From: Tubiluchus corallicola
Taxonomy: Eukaryota > Animalia > Priapulida
DNA length: 64,000 nt
Assembly (NCBI GenBank): GCA_030141605.1
Contig: JAQGDQ010000303.1
Span: 1 to 64,000 of the forward strand
Direction of reading: 5' to 3'
Part shown: piece after piece, positions 12,301 through 24,861 of the stretch
Layout of the letters: the number at the start of each line of letters is the position of its first letter
How positions within the stretch are numbered: the stretch's first letter is position 1
Notes under the pieces: generated by a model
Database searches by the model: none
Seen by the model: only the letters and a program-made list of their open reading frames with translations
What the model was told of the DNA's origin: nothing
Position numbers and translations under genes: made by a program

Positions 12301-12571
12301 CGATGATGTGGGCTATATTTTAGAACATGTCCACCAAGAGGAGTGCCGACGAGCTAATTAGATGTTCTATTTTTGGCAACTTTCGCTTGGGAAACTGTTG
12401 ACGCAAAGTCATTGTTCTGACGTCATCCATTATACTCTGCTTATAACCTTATACTTTAATTCAGTAAAAGCTGCTAATGGCTTTGCGTTATAAATCAGGA
12501 CTATGTAGGATGTGCGCGTATTATTGATTATAAGTGTATTTATACGCAATTTTTTGTGGGGCCTTTGCTAG
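9395..12571 (+). mobile_element. Tandem array of three Helitron-like units (9395-9967, 9968-10321, 10322-12571)
   Basis: Each unit ends in CTAG (9964-67, 10318-21, 12568-71). Units 2 and 3 both start TCTATATATTAATTTC..GGTAT.GGCT. A ~210-bp 3' module is shared between 10113-10321 and 12352-12571. The 5' part of unit 1 matches 2190-2345. Confidence 0.62.
9500..10112. repeat. Second (TGTGG)n minisatellite block
   Basis: Same repeat vocabulary and flanks as 2330-3095. Confidence 0.9.
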
Positions 12572-14016
12572 TCTTTGTTAACTTTTGATATCCAGTTTTT
12601 TTTGGTTTGCCTGGAGGCCGTTTAGTAGGTTTCAGTGCCTCATTTAATGCTAATCTTACTGGTGTTGTTCCTGGCAATCTCATTAAATGTCCTACCCATC
12701 TTAGTCTTCTGGTTTTAGTGCTTCAATGTTCTTCTTTGGTTCTGTTATACAACTCCTCATTTGAAATGATATATCTACTTGACTTGAGTATCGCAAAATC
12801 GAAAAAGCACAACAAGAGGAAGTATTCAAAACATTCAAAGTATTCAAAACATTGCTTGATTCAAGAAATGGTCAATGCTTTTAAATGCTTTTAAATATTT
12901 TTTTGATTGCAAACATTTGTTTTTAAAATATTGTCTGTTGTGTTTCCACGTCATCTCTCATTATTTCCTTAAAAATGCAATCTGGTTTTGGCAGTGCAAA
13001 CTCTAGTTTACTCAGTTTGTAGAAATAATTTTGTAACACTTTAAGATTTTAAGCATGTAAGATTTTAGCTGTTCCTTTGTCTTGTATTTATTCAAATACA
13101 TTTAATTACGATTTTAAATTGGTTTAGTTTTTTTGACAGATCTTATTCTGATTCTACCCCCTTCTCCCAGAATAGGGGGAGAGAGAGTCTATTGTCATAC
13201 TGTCAGGATATTATATATAGGGTTAATTGCTTATAAGTGAGATTTGCGTCACAGTTACTTTTACTTTTGCTTTACTCCTTATTTTGTAAAACTAATTAAA
13301 ATATTTACAACAAATAAAATTAGAAGTTTTACAATAATTACCTGTGGAACTCTGAAACCGACAGAATCTTAATGATCTCTCTCGACAGATATTGAGAAGT
13401 TTCGTACTACCTTAGGAAATCATTAGTGACTCTCATGCAGTTACATGAACAGTTTCATTAATTGGCAGCGGCCAAGCACTATAATTTGGCTAATACAATA
13501 ATCAATGTGTGGCTTAATTAGTCGCATATCTCTCCAAAATAAAAAGCTAATGATAGAGTAGCCTGGCTGGGCTAATACATTAGTTTGCAAACCAGAAACT
13601 CAAGTAGCGCTTTCATAGATTACTGTCTTGATGTTCTGCTACTGCTAGTGCTCAAATAATCATCAACCTTGACCTAACTCCTACCTTGAAAAGATGCCTA
13701 AAACAACTGAGAAATTTCGCAAAAGAATGACTTTATTGTCATCACGCGTAACAAGACGTTTTCTCTTTACAAATTTTTCTCAGAAATGAAAAGCTTTTTT
13801 CTGACAAATTATGAGCACTTGGGAAAAGCAACGAATTTCTTTTTACGGATCGCTTTACGCGGAGTGTAAATGGAGGAAAAAATTTCCCAAAAGTGCACCA
13901 ATTACCACCGATAATGCCAGAAGATTATAAGTCAACTGAGACTTGAATAAGCAAGAGAAGCGTCGAGTTCACAGAAGTATTTTTGGTTACTCGCTGGCGA
14001 AGCAATGCGTTTTTGT

Positions 14017-14640
14017 GGTGCATGGTAAAATGGCACAGGAAAAAGGGCACAACTGCCAAAATAGGAAAAAAATGCGTGCTTATAAAATGGGAGTATAGGG
14101 TTAGGGTTACTCTTGGGGATAATGTTTTGAGTTATTTTCAGCTCTAGCAAGGAAGTTATGTTTCAGGCTGTTTTATTTTTTTGTTTGGTTATGTACAGCA
14201 GTAAGCTATTTCTATTGTAGAGAAGGTGGGTAGGAACAACAAAGATGTGTTTTGTAGCAAATCCCTCGTTAGGAGCAGGGGTAAAACTGGGCGTTTTTTT
14301 CGCCCGTTTTTTTTCACAAAATTTGACCGAGCACCACGTACAAAAATCTTCGTGAAGCACTTCGTGAAGATATTGTAATTCTTTTTTTAATTATAAACTT
14401 GGCGGCCATTTTTTGCATTTAAACCCCTTTCCGCAAATTTTTCGAGCTGGTAACAGCTTTTTTCGGATTCAGCACTGGCTGTGTTGCCCACTTTAGAAAA
14501 AAACGCCCCATACTTTACAGAAGCAGATTTTCAGGATTTTTGTATAGTCTATTATCTCGACCAAGGCAAACAATTACGAATTAGTTCCAAGTTCAATTTC
14601 GAGAAAATCGCTCTTGAAAAACTATGTAACTGTCTATAGC
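14017..14640. repeat. Dispersed repeat remnant(s), probably DNA-transposon derived
   Basis: gtaaaatggcacaggaaaaagggcac recurs inverted at ~26335-26380; tttttcgcccgtttttt is shared with ~10490-10510; ttagggtta motif present. Confidence 0.4.
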
Positions 14641-16799
14641 CTTAGCTTATGCATGTATGTAGCCTTTGTATCAACATACATCTATGTGTCAGTCTGTTAC
14701 CATAGCCAAATTGTTGAAGAAATGTAGACATACACTGTGTAAATGTCCGTGCATTATTAATTATAATTCTATGTTATTTTCAGCAAACCGCTTTCGGAAG
14801 TGGTTTAAAACTGTTTTCAAACCGTTTGCGCTAAAATCCGCTGAGCTGCAGCAAGTGCACATATCTTTATGGTTTCAGTACTGTTTGTCCAGTGACTGTG
14901 TGAACACTGAGACGATTTTGAAAACGGTTTGGCTAAAGCATTTTGAAACTGTTTTGCTATATGAAAAGGTATTACATTTATAAAAAAATTATTATTAACC
15001 TATGACATTTCGAGAACGCAGTAGTTTTTACCTCCACATCTGCAAAAAAAACAGCTAAAGAATTAGACCTATATTTACATAAAAATCTGGCTACTAATGT
15101 AAGTTGTATCTTTTGACAGTAACTGTTAAAAGCCTTCCCATTACGGCAATAGTATGCACACAAAGAGCAAGTAGCCCAGTGCTTCGCAGTTTTACGTAAG
15201 CTTTCTGAATTGCTGTTACCGATACTTTCTCTCATCATTAGGAGCAGTTACAATTCAGTAAGTTGCTAATTAAGCTCTGAATGTCAGATACTCTACATCG
15301 TATGCTGCATAAAATATAATCACCCTTTTTTGCAAAACTGTCATGCAGCAGCAATTAGCGACCGAAATCTTTCATGCGCATAAGTATGTTTTACGTAGCT
15401 TGGGTGCTCAGTTACGAAGAAAAGTCTAAGTAGTTTCCAATTTTGCTAATAGCTCAGTGAGATCACCACATGACGACTTTTCTCCGAAGAGTGAAACTTG
15501 CTCAGAACTAAAGTAAAATGCTAAGATCGAAAATGCCGAGAGCTAGCAAAATCAACCTTAAAACGCAGAGTCTAAACGTCATGCAGAATAATCGAATTCA
15601 GAAATGTCGCAAAATTATGAAAAGCAACATTATTTCACCATGTTTGATATTACTTTTTAGGTATATTCATTTACATTTTATACATTATAACCGCAACAGT
15701 TTTTCTTTCCTTATTATAACGTTTTTACTCTATTACACAGTCTTGTTTCTTTTTTCTTTCATCCTTTCGTTCTTCTTTACCAAATTAATAAAATTGCAAG
15801 ATCTATGCCGCCTCTGCGTGTTTAACATGAATATAATTTGAAGCACTCAAGTATATTTTATTATAAAAAAGATACGAAAAATCTCTTTAGAAAATGGTTT
15901 AAATTAGACTGTACTCTTTGCATACGAAATGAATGAAAAACATGAATACTGCTTAAATTTTCTTTGAGTTTCTTAAATTTTATAGCTTTGATATGTTAAC
16001 TAAGTCTTTTTGTGCTTTATTAATAATTTGACATGCTAACTAAAGTTTTCATGGTTGCAAATTGTTCAGTTTGACCATTCTTGTTTGGCGGTTTTTCACT
16101 GAGCAATTCGTGTACTAAGTTTTGAATTTTCTTTCACTTTGATAATGTATTCCAAATTTGTTCCGCGACCCTTAATTATATTTACTGTATAAATTCTTTT
16201 ATATACTTGTTATTTGTTGAAATGTTTATTTTTGTTAATTTTGATGTTGTCTTAATTATTATCTCGTCAGATTTGATTATGAATTTGATGTTCTTGTGCG
16301 TTTTTTGTAGTTACACTTTATAACTTTTACATGAAATTTTATTCACATATTCATAGGCCTACGAAAAAGTATAGGCCTATATGAAACCGGGCATTCTGCA
16401 GAATGCCTAAGCATTTTATGGAATTCTAAAACAAACTAGGTGAAGTATTTAAAATAATATCCTTATACACTTTCTCTAGGCATTTTATACAATGCGACTA
16501 AATTTTGGTCAATGGACAAAACAAATACGTGAAGTGAAATGTTCTGATATAATTTCCCTAGGCATTTTATATAATGTAGTAGTAGTAGTAAAATCTTTAT
16601 TTGCCATTTTAAAACATTGACCGTCATATAAAAAGACAGACAATCAGTGTTAGTTCATATAAAAAACATACACTGTTCTGGGCAAATGCGTCTGGTGCAA
16701 GCTAAACTATAAGTGCAACTAGAAATTCAAAAAATAAAATATAAACTAGTTTAGTCAGGTCTAGCAAAAATGAAATTATGATTTGAGTAAGTATCATCG

Positions 16800-19312
16800 T
16801 GTTCGTATGTCGGATATTCAAAACGAGTCGTTAAATGTTTTTTTAATTTAGACTTGAATATTGATAAAGAGCTGCTGTGTTTTAGTGATGTCGGTAATGA
16901 ATTCCAAATTGTATTGCTTGCTTAGTAATGGAATTCTTTCCATATTGGTTGTTCGTTCTAATGTTTCTTAAATTTAGTGTTCTGTTATTCATACTGGGGT
17001 TTTTAAGAAGTGGGAGCTCATTGTTTTTGAAAGGAGAATTAATATTGTTGATATATTTATAGAGAAACAGGAGAGTTTGATAATCTCTGTGGGCTTCTAG
17101 TATCGGGATTTTCGTGGAGTTTCTTAAAGAGGTGGCAGAATATTTACTTGTATTGTGAGATGATTTCAAAGAATGGCCATTAACTAATCGCAAAGCGTAG
17201 TTTTGAAGTACATTTAATTTGATGTATGATTCTCTTTTCACGTTTTGGTACAGTATGCAGGCATATAAATAATGGGGCAAAATTAAAGTTTTGTAAATTA
17301 GAGTTTTTGTTTTGATAGCTGTCCTCTGATTTGTCGAAGGTACGAAGTACTTAATGCCATTTTTTTATAAATATTGATGAACTGCTCTTCCCACGTAAGC
17401 ATGTTGTCCAACTTAACGTCTAAGAAATTAACAACTTTTGACTGCACAGTAACATCATTTTCTATTTGCAAGGATATAGCAGCTGTATTTTCAGTATTGT
17501 TAATTGTTGGGGATAATACCATAAATTCTGTTTTGTCACTATTCATTTTTAGCTTGTAATAATTAAATGAATGCCATGTTGATATTCTTTATGTCTTTTT
17601 CTAAGTACTGTTTTGCAATGCTGATATTCTCGTGAGCCAGATAAATAGTCGTGTCATGTTGCATATTGCGTAATACTTGAATGCTGTAGAACGTTAGAAA
17701 TATTGTTGATGTAAAGGTTAAACAGTAGAGGTCCCAACAGTGTGCCCTGCGGGATACCTCGTTGTAGGTTAGCCCAATCTGAGAAGGTTGTAGAGTTTAT
17801 TTTAACCCGCTGCTTTCTATTTTGTAGGTAATCATTAATTAATTTTAATGCTGATTGTTCAAATCCAAGTTCTTTCAAATTATCTAATAGTAGTGTGTGA
17901 TTTAAACTGTCGAAAGCTTTACTTAAATCTAGAAAAGCTGCTGCCATATATTTGTTTTTATCAAGATTATCTCGCCAGTTTTCAGTTACGTTTATTATAG
18001 CATCGACAATTGAATGTTTTCTTCTAAATCCGAATTAATTGATGTTTCGATAAGAGTTTATTTTGATTGACATATGTAATAATTAGATCATAGATTACTC
18101 TTTCCCAAATTTTACTCACACAATGAACTATTGATACTGGTCTGTAATTTATTGGTTCATTTTTAGCATTCTTGTTGTGGATTGGTGCAATATTAGCTGT
18201 TTTGCATTGATCAGGAAATTTGCCACGCATAATTATTTGGTTAGTGATATAGGTTATATGTGGAGCAGTTAAATGCATACTGTCCTTTAGAATTTTTATT
18301 GGTATGTCAGATGTGCCACTACCTTTATTGGCATCTAAATTATTTATTTTTTTTAAAATATCAGCAAAAGTAACACTGGAAAATGAAAATTGGTTATTTG
18401 CAGGTCCTACAGTTTTTAGTTTGTCTTTTATGGTATCAGTATAATCAGTCTGCAAATTAAAGTTTCCGAGGTTAACAAACGTCTCATTTAACAAATTTGC
18501 AATATCTTTGGGTTTCGTTATTGTGGTATTGTTGATTTTAAGTTCATTTAACCTATTTTGTTTATTTTTATGTTTATTTATAACATTGTTGATCACTGTC
18601 CATTTTTGTTTTGTAGTGGAGGCACTACTGCATTGTTTTTGAATATATCTGTTTTTTAAAATTTTATTAAGATTGTTGAATTTGTTTCTAGCTTTCTTGA
18701 ACTTTATGTGGTCATTTTTAGATTTAGTGTTAAGCCATATGTTATATAAGTTATTTTTATTATTTATTAAATCATAATCCAATTACTTTCACAATTAAGC
18801 TTTGATTTGATGTTAAATTCTTTAACTTTTTTGAAAGGTGCATGAAGATTTAAGCAGTATTGGATATTGTTTATTAAAATGTCTACTTGAGTGTTTATAT
18901 TTGTTGTAAGGTATATCTCGCTCCAGTTCATTTTAGCTAAGTCATTTAAAAAGTATGTGCCATTATAGTGTGTGAAATCTCTGAAACTTTTCCAAATTTG
19001 TTTATGTAGCCATGTTTCACTTATGCCAATAATTAGATTTTCCGTGGCATGGACTGTATTTTTTAGATATTCATGTTTTTTTACTAAGCTTTGAATATTA
19101 ATGTGAAGGAATTTTAGATGTTTTTTATAATTGTAAATAAAGCTTTTTAATTCTGTATTTATTGTTTGGTTATTCTATTTTGTTGGGCCTGGGTTACTTT
19201 CGATTCCTCCTAATATCTGTAGCAAAACAGTAATTAATAGTGCATGTGTAAAGTTAGTATAAATTTGAATCACTCTTACAATAGTTTGTATGCACTTATA
19301 GTAGGGCTGCAT
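16800..19312 (-). pseudogene. LINE ORF2 (2A-like leader, truncated APE endonuclease, reverse transcriptase), frameshifted
   Basis: GGIESNPGP; after an in-frame TAG come FLHINIQSL and IIGISETWL (APE start); then NYRPVSI, FLDLSKAFDSLNH, GIPQGTLLGPLLFNLYIN and a broken QYA/DT. Split over ORFs 18024-18782, 17654-17947, 17298-17546 and 16882-17280. Confidence 0.92.
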
Positions 19313-19969
19313 CAAACGAATTTGCAATCGAACTTTTATATAAAGCGATGTTAGTAACGATAGTATTTCAATAGCAAAGATAGTTAATCGCGTGACATAT
19401 TGCTTATAATACAGATGCCTCAATTCAACCACATATACAGTGATATTTTCTGAACTCGAAAGTAAGCATACTGCTGTTATAAAAATTAATTTTGTACATA
19501 GTTTACTCGGCTTAATGCATCCATAATAAATAGTTATGTAATATAAAATTCCAATTGCGTTTTGAACGAAGTACAATGAGTAAAATGTTGATATACTGTT
19601 AATTTTCCAGATAGCTATAATTATTATTACTAACTATTACACTAACTGGTAATTTCTTTGTTACGTTCGTGAATGTTTGTATGCTGATTAGAAATATATA
19701 TGACAAGAGAAAGATATAACTAATTGTATTTTACGGTTGCTTCCATCATTAAACGCAGACCTCGCTATTTTATATTGTGAAATAAAATTAATTAAGACGA
19801 GTACAGCAATTATCGTGACAAATTTAAATATAATAATAAAATTGTAACCCATTATTTAGATAAAATATATAAACACTAAAATGATAAAAACAGCTTTGTG
19901 TACATTTATCAGTACGACAATACTTTATATTTTATTCTGGGGTTCTTATTATGCGTGCTGTATATTTCT

Positions 19970-22293
19970 ATATGACCTTAGCAACGAGTTCACGCACCAG
20001 TGTTTTAAAGGCCTTTGTTAGTTCCCCTTGCTTTTTAATCTGATTGTTTTGTATGTAGGGTTCTGTGTTTGCAAAATCGTGTTGGTTTGCATTTCTCGTG
20101 TATCCCGTGTTTTCATTATCTGTATGTGAAGACCTAGCCAGGGCCTATTTCAGCCTAGGCGAGGCCCGGGGAAGTGGGGCGTGTGAGGCCCCATCGGGGG
20201 AGGGGGGGAGGGGGTGGGGTTGCGCTACCATGGTTGGCGCCCAGAAAATTTTTGAACCGCTAGAACGCCGGAGAAGCATTTTCGTAGAGAAAATATGGAG
20301 TTATACAGTTGTTAAAGGAAAGAACAATTGAAAGAAAAACTGCTTTATTCTCAAGACCAGTCCTTAATACTTGTCAATACTGGCAAAGAGAGCGAGAGAG
20401 AGGGAGAGAGGAGGCAGTATGTTCGCATAAAGCAAAAAAATGTTACCTTGGCGCGAGGCCTCCCTGGAGGGTGAGGCCCCGGGGAAGTATCCCCACTTCC
20501 CCCCCCTTGAAATAGGCCCTGGACCTAGCATCTTCGTGCATTATTTGACCGGCGTTAGAAGAGTCCTTGTTATTGTCTGCACAATACGAGGTGCTCAATA
20601 CAAACGAGCTAGGCCTATTCACAAGTTCTGGTTTCTCATTGAAGTGGTTTGTACTAATTGCAGGTGTTGTAACGCTTGTGGGCCTAGTAGTTAATGACCT
20701 ATTATCTGTTATAAATGGGGTCGGCAGTAGGCCAGGCTTCGACACATTTAAAGAATAAGGCCCATTGACTGCATTAGCATGGTTGACGACTTAAAATTAC
20801 TGTTTTCTACAGAAGGCGCTCTAGATACGTGATAGCTGTTGCTTTTTTCCGCTCTGTACCAACGATCTTTGTCGTTTATACACAATTTCATACGTTCTGT
20901 TAACTTGCTGACCCCCAGCCTACTAAAATGCAAGCCATCTCTAGCCATTAAGTTTTCATCTGTGAAATGGCTAACTAAATCACAAATTTTGACGTCATCT
21001 AACTCTGATTTTTCAATCATATTAAGCAACTGGTCATTGTACGAGCGAATGCTTGAATTTGCCTTTGCAATATCAATTACTTTAGCGTGTGCGTACTTAT
21101 TTGATTTAAGCATGGGGATACTACAAACAAATATATTACAACAGTCAAATTTTGCTTTAATATTACCTATACAGTCCTGGGTGTTCCTGATTAAATCGGC
21201 AACCATTTCTTTCTCTTGCTGGCATGCTTCTGAGCCTTGAAATTGAGTTCTCTCCAGCGCTTGTTTAATGTCGTTAACTCCACATGTAAGATTGACACTT
21301 TCAATCTTTTGCAGGATACTGGGTCGCAACAAGTTCTTTGAGTTCCTCCATAGTAATTCCCCTATAAGAGTGTACTTGAATGTTTCTGCAAATGTCTTGT
21401 GGGTTTAGATATTTGGTTCTCGAATCACCTAAAATGAGGGTCTCTGTCGCAGCATTCAGAGTTTTTGGTGTAGGATTATGTCGCATCTCGCTAATGTTGG
21501 TCTTATGCACATTGTCTCTGTCATCTGTTTTTCTGCCATATGTGTCTGTCTTTTCTAGTACGCTGTTATCCGTCTGTGTTTCAACATTTATAGATGGTCT
21601 AGGCTTTGCACTTAAGGCATCTTCGATTTTACTTAGCCTAGTATTCTGGTTCAGAATTAGCTCATTTAGCTTTTCTAGTTGTTTTTGTAGTGCGTCTCTA
21701 TTGTCATTTATCGTGTCAAATCCTAGGTCTAAATTTGGTTGAAATAGGCATGTTCGACGCCTTAATGTTTTTACGTTATGAGCTTCATTACCATCAGTGT
21801 CTGAGAGAGAGTCTTTCATTACATAATCAAGTGTGGGTGTGTTTAACTGTATCGCACTAGGATATTCCGTTTCACTATGGAGAATGATATTATCCTGAGT
21901 GTAGATTTGATGATGACGTTGTGCCAGTTTCAGGAATTCACACAAATTTTCCCAACACCACTTTAGGTAACAGCCGTTAGTTATTTGTACTGTACCATCA
22001 TCATTGTTAATGTACATCATAGTAACTTTTCTTGAGACGCTTAATTTGTAACTTAAATACTGTTTCTGTTCATTACTGGTCACAGCTACTTTCGCCCTCG
22101 GTTCTAGAATATTCATTGCATACGTCATGCCATACACCAAGTTGTGTAACTCCTCTCCTCTTACTGTTACACTGCCTATGTCATTAACGTGCTCATTTAT
22201 AGTGATTTGATTCGGGAATGATTCATATAGTTTTTCTCTTAATAGTGGAATCGTAATCTTACCAATGTCAGCTGATTTAGCTGAATTTGCCAT
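19970..22293 (-). pseudogene. LINE ORF1 with coiled coil and SGNH/GDSL esterase domain, frameshifted and MITE-interrupted
   Basis: Heptad LQKQLEKLNELILNQNTRLSKIE; blocks LILGDS, SYRG, CGVND and RDGLHF split by a frameshift at ~21301-21332; C-terminal region continues across the MITE. Confidence 0.85.
20139..20521. mobile_element. hAT-type MITE (383 bp)
   Basis: Perfect 14-bp TIRs cagggcctatttca / tgaaataggccctg; exact 8-bp TSD gacctagc at 20131-20138 and 20522-20529; subterminal gaggccc(c)ggggaagt repeats. Confidence 0.95.
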
Positions 22294-24861
22294 ATCATGT
22301 AACTTGTGTCACACTATTAACTTTCACATTAAATATTTATATTTAATATAAAATGTTCACCATAAAATAATAGATTTTCTGTACCAAACAGACTTTATAG
22401 TTACTTTTCACTATCTTTAATTAACATGCTAGCTAACACTGTACGTTACGTAAATTCAATTATTGTTACGTTCCACTACACTGATTATCGCAGCTCGCGA
22501 GAGCACGTCCATTCACCTCGGAGACTAGGTGAGAAAAGTGATGCCAATTTTATTTCGGGAACCGTGTGACTTTGAAATAAGTCATGTTGCTTGCAAATGT
22601 TTTCGTTCGTTGGGTTTTCTCCTGTCCGAGAATTTAGCTTCCAATGCTCTTTCTCTTCTGTGGTGATTTAATCACTTAGGAGACCAGTTCTTGCGCATGA
22701 AACATGCAGTGACGCAGATGGCATTCAAGAATAATGGTGGTGCAACTGAGTTTATGTCAAATCTCGATCTTGCCCAGTTCCCACTTTTCTCCTTCTCTTT
22801 TTTCCGATTTTGAAGTGCGGGATTCCGTTCTGGATAGTCCGATGCCACTCGAAATGCTGCTGGACTTTGTTGTGGATAGTTTGGTCTTTGACTTCTGTTT
22901 ATGTGACAGTGGATTTTGTTTTTCGCAGCAGCAAGAATGCGTCCAGTGAGTTTACCGAAGAGAATTTGGCGAAGAAGCCTGTTTTCCTACATTATTATGA
23001 TAGTGGTGATGAATTCGATGCTCTGGTTACTTGCTCTTTCAAAACGACAAATATTGGTCACGTACGAGACGCATGAAGGTCAATTAAATCTTTCAATGTC
23101 AATATGCCTGAATTATAAAACGAATCATAGGTATGCTCATACTCATCGAATACAACTTTTGTCTCGTTTGCTAGTGTGTATTATACAACTTTGGTTAGTA
23201 TACAAATAATTATTATTATATGAGCGAATGAAGGCAGTTTATTTATATGTCTATACAACTGGCGCTTTACTAATGCGTTAAAGGCCCACTAGTGATGTTT
23301 TGTTGCAAAATGATCATAACATTTATGAAGACTGGCGCTACGGATTTTTGAACACCTCCCTTATGCACATTTTGCAAGCAATCCGTCGTCCTATATGACG
23401 CTATAAGTTTCGCGCAGAGTATGATAAAAAGCAAAAATTTCAGTACATGTACAAGTAAAAGTTGTTAGTTTTCACGCTCATTATCACACATGCGTCGGGT
23501 AGCAAAGTGTACAGATATTTTTGCTTCAAGGAGAAGATCCAATAAGATTTCTACAATATTTCAAAGTATAACGTTATTATGTGCTATATAAAATTTGTTC
23601 AAATAACCCTCACATGTCAATAACCCTCACATGTCACAAGTCTGAACAAAATTCACAATAACTCTACACGAGGGGTTAGTGATTAACAATTACTACAGTG
23701 TTATTAAATTAATGGATGAGGAATAAAATCTTTTAAAAGTTTCTACGCAACAGTTGGGCACGATAAAGGCGAAAAGTCGTTTCTTGTTATCGTGAAAGCA
23801 GGAATAGTTCTTAATGTACACACCAGAAGTGAGACAAAAAGCAAAAAAATACGACACTTGTAAGTTAAAGATATAGACTGCTAAATGAGCTTAAGAAACC
23901 TTGCCATCATCATTATCTTCCTTGTAATAATCATCAAGACAATTTATATTCAGCATTCTAGGCTATCGTTCAAATCGTCTCAGTGCGTATTTCGAGACAT
24001 TCTGATTGGTGTAATGGTAATAATTAAGAGAAATGTTTACCAGTAACTTTGCATGTTGCAGATGTGTTTACAACGGTAAAGTAAAAAACACATTGACAAG
24101 CATGCTCATCGTCTAAATTTACGGCCCTATTACTAGCCTAAGATTGCTATGCAACATTAAAGATTGTCAGTACCATCAATCAACAGCATGGACAGTCATA
24201 GACTAGCTTTCCAGCAAGTAATGTTATATGACTCAGAAATCTTTCAGCATCGCTTTTGAGTAAGATAGACACGACATATACACAAACCACTGACTGATGC
24301 TGTCCGTATGATCTGAAACCGCTTTTAGACGAAGTTAACGTGATTGACTCTTCCCCAATAATTTGTTATTACATATAAGAAAAATGTTGCATTTCAGTTT
24401 GCAGACTGCAAACCTCTTGATAAAGAAATAACTGATTCTTCAACAGTTTTATTTATTTCCTTTTTACTCACTTTGTTGGAGTCTTGAAGATTCAATCCCC
24501 AGGCAGTTCTCTAATCGATTTATTATGAACGTAACACGTCCAGTCCAATTATTTTCTTATAATTTGATAAGGGAAGACGCCTTGTTAATGTGTCATCAAT
24601 TAGGCATTAATTGCTGTAGTTGACTTCCCCAATTTGGAATGACGTTGATAAGATTTCTAAAACAGATTTGAAAATAAATGAAACCCTGCAATAATTATTG
24701 GCAGTATAGTACACGAAAACATAACGTTTTCAATTTATTATGTTGTAACTTACGGATGAATTTGTCCACCGAACATGTTACGGTAGCTTCTCGCACTGAC
24801 AGTTAATCTCTACCTCCAAGGATTTTTTTATTAAATTATTGAGTTTTCATTGACAACAATG

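Larger units (their letters stand above)
16577..22520 (-). mobile_element. Near full-length decayed CR1/L2-group LINE (esterase ORF1 + 2A-APE-RT ORF2)
   Basis: 3' end AATAAAG followed by a (TAC)n tail at 16577-16602; RT and APE motifs; SGNH ORF1; probable 5' end near gaggtgaatggacgtgctc (~22520). Confidence 0.92.

Noticed and set aside
14095-14110. Interstitial telomere (TTAGGG)
   Set aside because: Only about two units, embedded in a dispersed repeat.
20839-21742. Plus-strand ORFs of 133 and 120 aa
   Set aside because: Antisense to LINE ORF1.
16440-22530. Target-site duplication for the long LINE
   Set aside because: No convincing direct repeat at both ends; the nearby ctaggcattttata repeat is a local duplication on one side only.
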